Shown: piece after piece, positions 26,001-37,931 of the stretch
How the letters are laid out: each line of letters opens with the position of its first letter
Numbering within the stretch: position 1 is the first letter of the stretch
NCBI GenBank assembly: GCA_051294375.1
Contig: CM119267.1
Coordinates: forward strand, 11,977,553-12,041,552
DNA: 64,000 nucleotides
Reading direction: 5' to 3'
Source of the DNA: Paraspadella gotoi
Lineage: Eukaryota > Animalia > Chaetognatha
Position numbers and translations under genes: made by a program
The notes under the pieces: model-generated
The model's input: the letters and a program-made list of their open reading frames with translations, nothing else
Databases searched by the model: none
Told to the model about the DNA's origin: nothing

Positions 26001-28927
26001 GACCGTGAGGGGAGATTGAACCCGGAACTCACGGTTGGTGAACGAGTACTTAGCTGTCCAAGCCAATGGGAAGAGCTGAGTTTAACCAAGCTATACGGGA
26101 GGCGAATTTAGGATTCGCCACAATACATAATTTACAAAAAAAACTTAATTCCGATTAATTTTTTTTTTCAGTTATGACCTATGCGTTTATGCAATTTGCG
26201 ATATTGTTTTCCATTTAGGGTCTAGATCTTCGCTCTGTCCATTTCCTGCCTTTTCCGACCCCCAAAGAGTGCCTCATTGAATCTGGGATCGAGGAGGCCG
26301 TCGCCAAAATGCAAACTGTCATCGAGCTCGGCCGCGTTATTCGCGACCGCAACACTATGCCAATAAAGTATCCGCTCAAAGAGGTCGTCGTCGTGGCCGA
26401 ATCTTCTAAATCTCTGAAGGATGTTCAGGTATGTGCATTGTGTAACTCATTTTTCGTCTTCCAACAGAATTTGGATCAACTTTTTAAAATGTCTTTTTAT
26501 TTCAGACTTTGCAAGGCTTCATAATGAGCGAGTTGAACGTGAAAACCCTCACAACGACGACTGACAAGGCCAAATACGGCGTTAAACTTCAGGCGCAACC
26601 GGATCATAAAACGCTTGGGCTCAAGTTAAAAGGCGCCTTCAAAGGCATCATTCCCAAAATTCAGGCGCTGACCGATACGGAGCTAGTCAAGTTTCAAAGA
26701 GATGGTGTCATCGTCATCGACGGCCATCGTCTGGAAGCGGAGGATCTTAGGATATTTTACAGCTTTGAAGGTTAATTGCGGAAAAAAAAAATAATAAAAA
26801 TTATGATAACTATTAAAAAAAACTACAAAGTCAGGGTTATATAATTTCAATAATTTCTAATTTCAATAATTATAAGGAACTAATAAAAAAATATAATGTT
26901 ACGGATTTTAATCTATTTTCACAAAAGATTATACATGATAGTTCCTAGTAAAAATAATAAGGAAAAAATAACAAAATTAAGCCACATTAAATAATAATAT
27001 TAATAACATCAACAATATTATTTAAATAACTTATTTAACTCTTTTCTTTAACTTATTTTTTTAAACTTTTATTAATTAACTTAATGTTAACTTTACATTA
27101 ACATACCCTTAATTATTTAACTAATTATTTAACTTATTTAAATTATTTACAATTAAACAAATTATTACAAAGCCTTAATAAATTTCCCTAAAATTAATAA
27201 TGCTGTGATACCAGGGCTTTGGTCTGTTTAAGATAAACATTCAAAATATATCTTAAAATATAAGATGAGCAACAATGAAGGATCACCATTCCATGAAGGG
27301 CATAGGTTCCCAACTGATGACCTTCCGATTGTATAAACATAAAATTAAAGAATAGTCAAAAAAAGAAATAATTAAAAAGTGGGATAAAGACAAAATATAC
27401 TTTTAATTAAAGTATTTTAAAATTATATTCATGACATAAAGGTGCCCCTATAGACCTTTCCCCAGTATGTATCCCTATCAGAACATACAATTTTACATGG
27501 TAGTCTTATCCCTATTGATAAAAAAAATCATATATAACTTTGGTTCCCCCTCAAAAATTTTTCTATTCCCACCCCTTTCTGTTCAGCCTCTTAGATATTA
27601 TGATTTTTCATTAATGACTTTCTAACAGAAATGATGTGTGATATCTATTAAAAAACTAGGATAGATTGTAATTTAACCTTGTGTTGTATAGATGCTCCCT
27701 CTATTTCCAGAGGATAACACTGACTTCCTCTTCCCAAATTGAGTTATTAGATATAATGATAAGTAAAAAAAAAATTTAAGAAAGAAAGCGATATATATTT
27801 AATTAAATAATATACCAATTTCATAGATTAAATACTAAATCCTTCATAATATAAAAAAGAAAATAGTGAAGCAAGTAATTTGCATATTTTCATTAATCCA
27901 CATAATAAATTTTAGCATATCCGCTTGTTAGTAGTTGTTAGTTATACATGTAGGATACGAATCAAGCGGGTCATCTAAAGAAACCGTACCTCAATATTCG
28001 GCACACTCGGAAGGCGACTTGTTGGTCATCCTGGACGTGAGCCCCGATCAAGGCATGATCGACGAGGGTGTGGCTCGTGAAGTCGTCAATCGAATGCAGA
28101 AATTACGAAAGAAGGGAAAGCTGGTCCCGACCGACCCGGTAACCATCCATTGGCGTACCTCTGACTCGAGCCTTGGCGACGTTATCGTTAGGCACCAGGG
28201 CTTCATAGAAGGTTCAATCAAACAACCGATCCGGCCATACCCCCCTCGTGCCGAAGGAACCGTCATTATCTCGGAAACTACACAGCTCAAGTCCTCAAGT
28301 CTGGACCTCACTATCGTGTCCCGGTCTGGTGCTGGATCGCCCTCCTCCCTCAGCCCCGGCGGTCGGAAGCCACGAACTGTCAGCGTTCACTTCGCCGAGC
28401 CTCTGCCAGTCGAGGGTCCTCCCGTTTGTGACTTCGCCAACGTCGTCAGTCTTGATGGCCGGAGGAAAGCCACGATCCTGCTCGAAAATCCTAAGGGTGT
28501 TCCGCTGAGCTCCGTCTCCTTGAAGACCCAGTTGGCGACCGTTTTTGACGTGGAAGCAGCGAAAGTGCGAGTCATGGAAGAGCGCGTAGATGGCCTCGCT
28601 ACGTTCAAGATCGCAGATAATGGCGTCAACGGGGAAGGGATACAGAGTATGAAGAAGTCCACGGCTGAATCTACGTGCCGTTACGTGAATCTTTGTCACG
28701 TTAGCGGGCAGGATAAGAACGGACAGTTCCCCTGCGCCACATTAATGCTAGAAAATCCCTCTGGGCAACACCCCATCGACATAGAACTCGTTAAAAGGGA
28801 AGTCTCCGCCGTCTTCGGATGCTTTGGCAAAAATTTGCAGTTTTACTTGGACCCCAAGAAATCGCAACCTTTGGAGGAAAGCCAAAGGGCCGTCGAGCTT
28901 CATAAACGTACTATTTATGTGGAATAA
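23039..28927 (+). CDS. IARS1: Cytoplasmic isoleucyl-tRNA synthetase; multi-exon
   Basis: [13 protein letters not shown] (HIGH), [17 protein letters not shown] editing motif, [26 protein letters not shown], and two C-terminal repeats ([20 protein letters not shown]) typical of metazoan IleRS. Confidence 0.97.
25865..26080 (-). mobile_element. tRNA-derived SINE-like element in an IARS1 intron
   Basis: GC-rich island. The minus strand reads TGGCTTGGACAG (A-box-like) then GTTCCGGGTTCAATCTCCC (B-box-like) at tRNA-like spacing, without a full cloverleaf. Confidence 0.5.
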
Positions 28928-29192
28928 TAGGATCTCGATTACTGTGTGAATACTGAAACGTGAAGTGTGCAATGGAAATTAGAAGGACCAACTTCAAACC
29001 ACCCAAATTACTTAGGCTAAAATATTTTAAAATTATTAACGATCTGAATGTTAATTGTTTCTGTGATTTTTGTGGAAGTTTTATTACCCGCGTTTTTAGG
29101 CGAAATAAAGAGATGCCTTACGATCGCACTTCGGATTGAAAGAATTAAAACGACAAATAAAATAAACTGACAATAATAAAAATTTAAAAAAA

Positions 29193-32100
29193 ATGAAATC
29201 GAAATCTACTTCCGAGGATCGCCACTTGGGCTTCGTCATTCGCGTCGCCTTCCTTTGTATCGTTTGGTACGGCATTTCAACCTCGTCCAACGTAATCGGC
29301 AAGCTACTTCTCCGCGGTTTCCCCTACCCCACAACACGCGCTATGATGCAGCTCTTTTGCACCGTCGTTCTTCTACATCCTGCACTCAAGTTTCTCGACG
29401 TTCCCCAGTCAAAGCCCTTCCCGGCGCGGTACTTCGCGTTCGTGATCGTTCCGTTGGCCGTGGGTAAGTTTGTCGCTCTGGCCCTGAGTCACGTATCCAT
29501 TTGGAAGATTCCCGTCTCTTATGCCCACACGGTCAAAGCCACTATGCCTCTATTCGTCGTTGCTCTCTCGCGCGTCATCTTGCGGGAGCGGCAGTCGTGG
29601 GCCGTTTACTTTTCTCTCGTCCCCATCATCGTCGGGGTCTACGTCGCAACGGTCACCGAGATTTCCTTCGACCTCACGGGACTCTTGTCCGCTTTGATGT
29701 CTACCTTTCTCTTCTCCTTGCAAAATATTTTTTCGAAAAAAGTCTTGAGAGAATATGACGTTCATCACTTAAGACTGCTTCAGACTTTAGCGACACTGTC
29801 TCTGGTAAGAGCGCTTGGACTTTCTCTTTTATAGGGTAGTGCGGGGTAATTCTAAACAGGGGTAATTCGGAACACTGATATATAAATAATTGTGCATTTA
29901 ATATTTAACCAACTTGACTTTCCATTAATAAAGTTACACATTCGGCTGCTGCAGCTGCAGCAGCAATTTGAAAGATGCTCGTCAATTTTCGTCTTTGAGT
30001 AGTCGTTTTCAAGCCTCTGTCACAGTCACGTAATATTAATATTAATATTAATATTAATATGAAGTTGGTACAACCAATATAAAAATTATCAATTCATTTA
30101 GGAAAAACAGTTTTGTTTGACAACGATTTATTTGACACAATTTTTAGTCAGACATGTTTCGGCTCTTTCATTTAGAGCCTTCATCAGTGTTTGACAATCA
30201 ATATTTTGTCTCTGTTGAAGTAAGTTTTTGAGAGAGAGAAAGAGGGAGAGAGAGAGAGAAAAAAATTGAGGGAGAGTTTCCAACAAAGAATAAGGTAAGG
30301 GACAGTGGTCATAATAATGTCTACCAATTCATTTAATAATTAAGCTATCTTGCCCCTGACTTTGGACAGGCTTTGGTGGTTTAAGGCCTCTTTGACTTTT
30401 ACAAGTTAATAACATAGCTTTCAATCAAGACTCTCTCACTGTCGAGTATATGATAGACGAGACTGCTAATTTTTAGTTATTGTATAGATTATTTTGAAAA
30501 AAGAATTCAATTATTTTTTATATGGCTACAATTAAAGGGGGTAAAACAGAACACCTGTAAAGTATTCTGTGTTACCCCATGATTTTTATAAGTTTTAGTT
30601 ATAATTAATAATTAAATAATTAGGCGGAAAAAAATTTTATACTATTAATATTACAGTAAAAAAATCTTATTTTTATATGTAAAAAAGGGGAAAAACCAAT
30701 TAAAAAGGAAGATGGGGACAAAATGCAGGAATGGAAGGAAATTAAAAACTTTGTCAAAAATATTATAAATAATAAAATATATACAAATTTTCATTTAATA
30801 ATTTTGCAAAACTGAGAACATAGTACTAGATTTACAATTTTTTATATATAAAACATTAATGACAGGATCTATGGTCTTAATAATAGTGTTTGTTATTATT
30901 TTCTATTATATTTAAAAAAATTATACATTATAAACCCCCGGAACGCTTTTCTATTTTTTAAAAAGTTGCGGGGACACTTTACTAGAAATATAACAGAAAT
31001 TTTTTTTTATCTCGCCTTATCTTGGCTAGATTTTGTTTTAGCTTAGTTTCTTTGTGACGTCGTCGTCTGTGTCGGCTTCACGCTTTTTATCGTCGCAATC
31101 GCTTAGCATTTGCGACGATATTGTAACGCTTTTGCGCGTAAGTGGCGTCGGCGTTGCACAGTGATCCAAAAAAAAATTAAAACCGGATAAAAGCCACCTG
31201 AACATACGGGCATAAATGCATATTCAGACTTTCCATAGTAATGGTACAAAGTCTTATGTAAGATAACAGTTTCCAAAAATTATTCTTTCTCAAGTTATAA
31301 GCAAATCTCTATTTCGGGTGAGTCCTTGAGAGGTTTGTTTCACCCAGATGGGAGGAAGAGAAAAATTATTTGACTTTGTTATGATTAAAGCTCTTTGTCT
31401 AGTTTGTTAACAAATAAAAAGAAGATTATTATACTATGTCACTATGTATGATATGAAAAACATAGTAAAAACTCATCGAATTTCAACCGATTTCAATCAA
31501 CCAGATTTAGTTCCTAATGATACATCTTATTACTAATCAGTTATTAATTAAATCTCATCCGCATTTGTCCGCCCTTTTGAGAAATTTAAAAATGCTTTTC
31601 ATTCCAAAAATAATAAAAAAGAATTCGATATTCTTCAGAAATTACCATATGATTCTTTTCTTTGACCGATTTTCCGATCTTAATTTGCTTAACGCACTTT
31701 TAAAAAGATTAAATTAATGATTTTATATTTAGCAAATATACACCTATTACTTATAATATAATAAAGATAAAAATATTAAGTTAGGTCAATTTTTTTTTAA
31801 TATCAAAATTATAAATCAAAAGTTGTTCAACTACCATAAATGATTCCTTTAAGAACCAAATTTGGCGGTAAATGAATTTTTTCTCCATATTTTTTCAAAT
31901 CCCTTTTTATTATCTGAAACATTTCTAACAACCTCAGAGGGCATCTATGATAATCAGCATACAAGAAAAAGTTGTTTTTGCCAAAAAAGAGAGGTTTATC
32001 CGGAAATTAAGGCCATTTGGATCACTGTGCGTTGCCGGCGTTCCAAATTATAGATCGCCTTTTTTATGATTAAGTTTGGGTGTATGAAGCTGAAAATTTA

Positions 32101-35100
32101 TATACAGCTTCTCATCATCGATGTGCTTAAAATTGGGTCAGGACAGGTATTAAATATGTTTTGTTTACGTTTTATCAAAACAAACAAATTTCCTCTTTTA
32201 TTTTTATGTTTCCTTCTCCTCTCTTTTTTCTTTTAATTATATGTTGCTCTCTCTCTCTCTTTTCCCCAGTGCTGATTCATCGGGAAAAAAACGAATCTGC
32301 AGCTGGCTCTGCAGGGGCTCTTTCTTTTTCCCTTTTTATCGTTGCAATCGATATTGTAACACTTTTGCGCATAAGTGACGTCGTCGTCGTCGTTGTCGTC
32401 GGTGTTCCAAATTATAAATCGCCTTTTTTATGATTAAATTTTGGTGTATGAAGCTGAAAATTTATATACAGCTTCTCATCATCCATGTGCTTAAAATTGA
32501 GTCTGGACAGTTATTAAATATGTTTTGTTTACGTTTTATCAAAACAAACAAATTTTCTCTTTTATTTTCATATTTCTTTCTCTCTCTCTTTTCTCTTTTA
32601 ATTACATGTCTCTATCCCTCTCTCTTTTCCCTAATCACCGATTCATAATCATAGGGAAAAAATCGTGTCTGCAGCTGGCTCTGCAGGGGCTTATTCTTTT
32701 TCTCTCTTTTCTCCTGCTGCTTCTGCTGCTGCCTTTTGATTTCTTTCTCGCAGTTGGCTCTGCAGGGGCTCTTTTCTCCTGCTGCTTCTGCTGCTGCCTT
32801 TTGATTTCTTTCTTTTTTTCTGGGTGCCTCTGCTGCTGAAAATGATTTGGCTTCTTTCTCTCTCTCTCTGATTAATTTTTTCCCTCTAAAAACTTTTATT
32901 ATCGCCATTTATTCCTAAATTTACATCCGAGATTTTCGTGGATTTTTTTTCCTAAATATTCTAAATATCAATCAGAATAATATTTTTTTTACTATATATT
33001 TACTTTATTATTTTATTTTACTTTACTTCATTTTATTTCACTTTAGTCTTTACTTCACTTCGTCAGTCTGATTCAACTTGAAGTTTCACTTTGTCTTTTG
33101 TCTGGGAATGTTGACAGTGTTTGGAGAGGTCGTTAAAAGTAAAACAAAAGTACCTTCAATAATGTCTATCCAGACTTAGCACTTGCTAAAAATTAAACTC
33201 GAAAATAAGTTATTTTACTGTTTTATATTTATTATTCTTCATTTTATTTATTTTTTTTGGTAAATTTTTATTTTCTTCATTTTTCTTAAATTTGATTTTT
33301 TTAGTATCAAAATTTGTCGTCAATCCAGATTTTTCTTATGCGATTGCGACGATCCTTATGCTTTTAAGATTTTTCTTATAGTTTGATTAATTACTCTGAA
33401 TTACGATGGATTTTTATAAAGTATGCGATCATATTAAGTTAAAAGTTTAGATGTGGCTTCTCATCTTTAAGATCTCTGCAATTGTCATGTTTCATATGGA
33501 TTTTATTTTATTTATTTTTTCTCATTTTGATTTACTGCATTATACAAATTAATTTTTATAATAAGCAAATTTGTATATAGAGTACTATATTCTAATTTGC
33601 ATATTGCAGTAAATCATATTGAAGAAAAAATTCATGAAAAAAATATTTGAATCAATATAAAACTTTTTTGATAGGAAGCTATATCTAAATTTTTTTTAAA
33701 ATTTTTTTAAATATATATATTTCTTTTTTTTTTTTTTTTTTGTTAGATTTAATACTGCCATATGTCATTTAAAATCATATTAAATAATCATCTCTTACAT
33801 ATTATTTACTGCAATATGCAAATTAGAATATAGTACAGTGAAGATTGGGAGAAAGAATTTAGTAAATTACAAAAAATGTAAATAATATTTCTCTCGGCCT
33901 AAAATTCCATTCTCGTTTACAAAATAAACAAAGTAGTTCATATAAAAGTCATTATTTTATTCTCGCGCTCATTATTATATTTGCATTTCCCTTCGATGTT
34001 ATACTGAAATAAACTCTCGTTCATTTTATTTGGTATCGAATTCTTTTCACTAAAAAATTCCGTCCTAAACTTGGTGGCAGCGGTGGGTCCCACCTCAATG
34101 GTGGGATTACACCTACAAAGAAGATGCGTCTGAGAATGGCAAAAGATGAATCTTTTGGCATTGGGACTTTTTGAAGAAATGAGAAAACGTCATCGCAAAA
34201 CGACATAAAATGGGTTGTTTTTTTTTTTGTGTCACTGAGTGGATATGCGAAATTTGGACTAACGTTTCTCCTGCTTCGTTAAAGTCTGCCAACTTGAAAA
34301 CGACATCAAATTTTTGCGATGAAAGTTCGTCATCTATGGGCACGTCAGCGTCACGTTCTATGAGCAAGTTTTGGACGCCAAAAATGCCATGTGGATCGGC
34401 GATGAGAGGGGAGATGTTTGAGACCAGTGGATCATGTTTGCGTTTGCGGCAACATGCACCAGTAGTCACTTGTACTGTACTGGAGAAATAGCCCTGGTTA
34501 TGCCTCCTACGCCACAGAGGATCTGCGTCACGATGCTACGTCATCACTCTTTTCAAAGTCTAAATGTGTGCTCATCGTTTTGTGCTGTTCACTGTGTTCA
34601 GGGTGCTATCAACTTCATCACAAACTGGATGTCTTTCGTGATTCATAAATCAGAACTTCGTAATTTGAATTTTCATGTGTGATTTACCAACGCTACCGTA
34701 TATTTTCCTAAATTATTATTAAATTTCATTTTGATATTTCGCATTATTTAGCTTTAACTGGCCAAAAAGAAGTTACTGTGATGTGTACTTTTATTTTAGA
34801 AAGTGGCCGTTTTTAATTTAATCTTATTTGCTTTACTTTGATACTCATTTATTTGCTTTCTTTGGTGCGTGGCCGAGTGGAGATCCTGATTATTATTATT
34901 AGTAAGAAAGTAAATAAAATCGCCGGCCGAATTCTTTAAAAATACCAATGCCCGCTAAGAAATATTTTGCTCCTCTGTTCAAACGCCGGTCGCAAAACGT
35001 TACCTTATTTGGAAGTATTTTTAGAATTGTTTACTTTACAAATGTAAACCAAAATTTTCTCTCTCTCGCCGTATAAAAATGAATGCCACTTTGTACAATT

Positions 35101-36091
35101 AGCCAATTCGATTCCATTCGCTTTTCTGATTTCAATAAATCGATTCATCTCATTTTGTTCGCCATTTTTATCTCGACCACCTCCACTTATATTATATTTC
35201 AGAGATTGACAATGTTTTAGTTTGCAACGAATTTTATTTATACAAAACAGATATGTTTCGACTTGTTTTTCAAGCCTTCATCAACGTTTTGACAGTTTGT
35301 GAAAACAGAGTTGAAGTTTGTGCATTTGAAGGGTGTGTGTGAGAGAAAGAGAGAGAGAGAGAAAGAGAGTAAAAGTTTTCCAACAAAGTGGTGAGACAGA
35401 ATGGTACTTTTTCATTAATTTTCTTTGATAGTAAATAATAATAAATAAATTTACTATGCAGAAAATTTTATTACTTCCAAAAGTGTTCCGAATTACCCCG
35501 CACTACCCTTCTATATAAACTTTCATTTTTCGGGAAACATTGTTCTATTTACTGAATTAATCTTTTCCAACATAGTTCCTCTTCGTACCCTTTTGGATGT
35601 TTTTCGACGGCCTCCCGCTCTTCTTCGGTGGCCACGCCCGCCCATCGGAGGTTAACATGCGTACCTTAGCGTTGGCCGTCGTCGACGGGTTTCTTGCTTT
35701 CACCCAGAATCTCGTTGCCTTCACTATGCTGTCGCTTGTCTCGCCCGTTTCCTATTCGGTGGCCAACGCTTCCAAGCGCATCGTCGTAATCGCTCTTTCC
35801 ATAGCATTACTTCAAAACCCCGTGACGGCGAGCAACGTTGCCGGCATGAGCATCGCCATCGTAGGCGTCTTTCTCTACAACAAGGCGAAGTTCGATCAAC
35901 GCGGCCACAAGCTCGTCGCCACCGTACCCCCCTTCCGCTTCAAAGAAGCTTCGCTCATCGACGACGACACTTTCGACCGCGAGAGAGCTCCCGTCATCGT
36001 AGTTCATGGAGCGGAAGATAGTGCGAAGGGAGCTCTCCTTGATTCGTCGATTAGAGGAGGATACGAATTGGTCGATGTGCGGATAAAATGA
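29193..36091 (+). CDS. SLC35E1: Solute carrier family 35 member E1-like (TPT family); exons 29193-29804 and 35576-36091
   Basis: SHVSIWKIPVSYAHTVKATMPLF, FSLQNIFSKKVL, SPVSYSVANASKRIVVI, GVFLYNKAK. A phase-0 intron of 5.77 kb is filled with transposons. Confidence 0.92.
30146..30190 (-). ncRNA. Minimal type I hammerhead ribozyme motif (Penelope pseudo-LTR type)
   Basis: Minus strand reads CTGATGA-A-GGCTCT(aaatgaa)AGAGCC-GAAAC-AT-GTC: intact core, 6-bp stem II, palindromic ACATGT stem III, GUC cleavage triplet. Stem I is weak. Confidence 0.75.
31083..33372 (+). mobile_element. Helentron/HINE (DINE-1)-like element with an internal tandem duplication
   Basis: 5' subterminal ATCGTCGCAATCGC with a nearby partial inverse, 3' GCGATTGCGACGAT at ~33340, T-run flanks. 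The block at 32035-32330 is duplicated at 32400-32700. Confidence 0.55.
31157..32029. mobile_element. Non-autonomous Transib-type element (873 bp) with CACAGTG termini and a 5-bp TSD
   Basis: TIR CACAGTGATCCAAA at both ends; TSD CGTTG at 31152-31156 and 32030-32034. An uninterrupted paralogous site is visible at ~32370-32420. Confidence 0.88.
33585..33833. mobile_element. Small MITE with ~30-bp perfect TIRs and TA flanks
   Basis: TA-CTATATTCTAATTTGCATATTGCAGTAAAT ... ATTTACTGCAATATGCAAATTAGAATATAG-TA. Confidence 0.75.
35246..35290 (-). ncRNA. Degenerate hammerhead motif (second Penelope pseudo-LTR copy)
   Basis: Minus strand reads TTGATGA-A-GGCTTG(aaaaa)CAAGTC-GAAAC-AT-ATC, with a C3U change and a stem III mismatch. 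The flanks resemble the copy at 30146. Confidence 0.5.
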
Positions 36092-36261
36092 CGACGAAGA
36101 TTATTTTTTTCTCATCACACCTTGCTGTGCTCATTTCTCATACACAATCTATCCTCTTTCATAGTCTGTGATTTACCCCCCCCCCATTTTTACTATTATA
36201 TTATTTAAACGTATCTAATAATCATGTTTTTTATTGACATCTACTGGCACAAGTTAAAACA

Positions 36262-36864
36262 ATGAACTGGATTCGTCGTCCCATCTTACAGCTCTCTCGG
36301 AATTTCCTCTGGTCCCGTCCCAATCTTTTTCGAAGAATTTCGACCGATGATCATCCGAAGGGAACAGTATTTATGGGCGAAGATGTTTTCGGTAACCGGT
36401 ATTATGAGGCGCCAAAACCTGAGGCGAAAGGCGTTTGGGAGGTGCGGGTTTATTACCAAAAGACAAAGCGGTGGATGGAACCTGTTGAAGAAATCGAAGA
36501 GGAGGAGTATGAAAAACTTTCTATCTTTGAAAAAGCTGATATAGAAAAGGACGAAATGCATACGGCAATCTATGATACGCCTCCCGAATGGGAATCTTGG
36601 TTGCGGGGACGGCGAAAAGAGCCGCCTTCTCTCCAGGAACAGGCGCGGAGCGCTCGGATTATGCTGAAGAGAGCCGAAGAGAAATCCGGCGATCGAAGGG
36701 GTTTTTCTTGCGCCCAGACGAAGGACGAGGTGGAGAAGGAGAGCGTGACGGGAGTCTCTTTTCCTGTTTACGACGAATACGAATTGACGCCGGGAGAAGA
36801 GAGGACCGGACGAAGTCGGCCCTTGCCCGCTAAATTGACAAGTTCAAAAAACGAGGAGGGTTAA
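36262..36864 (+). CDS. NDUFAF2: Complex I assembly factor NDUFAF2 (NDUFA12 family), single exon
   Basis: MGEDVFGNRYYE, KRWMEP, PPEWESWLRGRRKEPPS; Arg-rich mitochondrial-type N-terminus. Confidence 0.85.
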   Translation: MNWIRRPILQLSRNFLWSRPNLFRRISTDDHPKGTVFMGEDVFGNRYYEAPKPEAKGVWEVRVYYQKTKRWMEPVEEIEEEEYEKLSIFEKADIEKDEMHTAIYDTPPEWESWLRGRRKEPPSLQEQARSARIMLKRAEEKSGDRRGFSCAQTKDEVEKESVTGVSFPVYDEYELTPGEERTGRSRPLPAKLTSSKNEEG

Positions 36865-36954
36865 ATACTCTGGGCATTTAATGAATGTGATTTGTGAAAA
36901 GTTGTGGATAATTTATTTTATCTTGTTTACTTTGTTAAACTGCCTCTTATACAT

Positions 36955-37931
36955 TAGAGCGTTCAAAGATAACAAAATATAAGAAATTTAATTTCATTCA
37001 TTATTTTTTTAATGTAATAAGGTCTGAAGAATTCGATGATGATAACCATTTTTTGGTATAGTTTCATCTTCCTTGTCGCCAGTGGCGATTTTTGAAGCAT
37101 ATATGGTGCTATTAAAATGGCGTAACCATTGTATAGTATGAGAAACTAAAATTATTAAAATTTTATAAAAGTCATATTTAGCTTATATAATATGAAAATA
37201 AAGACCCATAAAAATATTTTGGTAAGTTTATTTACAAATTTTATATTTTATTAACAGCTTGTTAACTATATTTATTAATAATTAGTAGTTAAAATAGGCT
37301 AAAGTTAAAAAATAAATATTTTAAAATTTTAAAATAGGATTTGAATTCCTTGCAAAAAGTTGAAGTAAAATCCATTTTAACAAATTCTTTCATTAAGTTG
37401 GTTAAAAATGTTAAAAAATATGATTTTTGTTTAAATTTATTATTTTTGGCTTAAAATTATAGTTTTTCTAAATTTTGACGAACTTAATGATATAATTTTT
37501 TAATAAAAATTATATTTTTTATATCAACTTTTTGCAAGGAATGCGAATCCTGGATAAATTTTTTTAAATTATTATTTTTTAACTTTAGCCTAATTTTTAT
37601 TCATAATTATTAATAAATATAGCTAACTAACTTTTAATAAAACATAAAATTGAGAAATAAAATTACCAAAATATTTTTATAGGTCTTTATTTTTATATTT
37701 CAAAAGCTCATGTAATTTTTTAAAAAATTTAATAATTTGATTTATCATAACTTATAATGTTTGCTCTATTTTATTAGCATTTTATATACAATAAAAATCG
37801 TTATTTCCGACAAGAAAGATGAAATTATAGAAAAAAATGGTCATCACCATCGAATTCTTCAGACCTTATTACAGTAAAATAATTATGAATGGAATTTAAT
37901 ATCTTATATTTTGTTATATTTGAACGCTCTA
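36955..37931. mobile_element. hAT-type foldback MITE (977 bp) with an 8-bp TSD
   Basis: Ends TAGAGCGTTCAAA...TTTGAACGCTCTA; TSD TTATACAT at 36947-36954 and 37932-37939. The arms are imperfectly complementary over most of the length. Confidence 0.9.

Larger units (their letters stand above)
29833..35509. mobile_element. ~5.7-kb TIR DNA transposon relic filling the SLC35E1 intron, with nested insertions
   Basis: Left end AGGGTAGTGCGGGGTAATTC(...GGGGTAATTCGGAACACT) is the inverse of right end AGTGTTCCGAATTACCCCGCACTACCCT. TA is present at the left; the right-hand TSD is imperfect. Confidence 0.75.

Noticed and set aside
34021-34682. GC-richer stretch with short ORFs inside the SLC35E1 intron, as a possible minus-strand host gene
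   Set aside because: It is fragmented, has no identifiable domain and lies within a TIR element; at most a decayed transposon coding relic.
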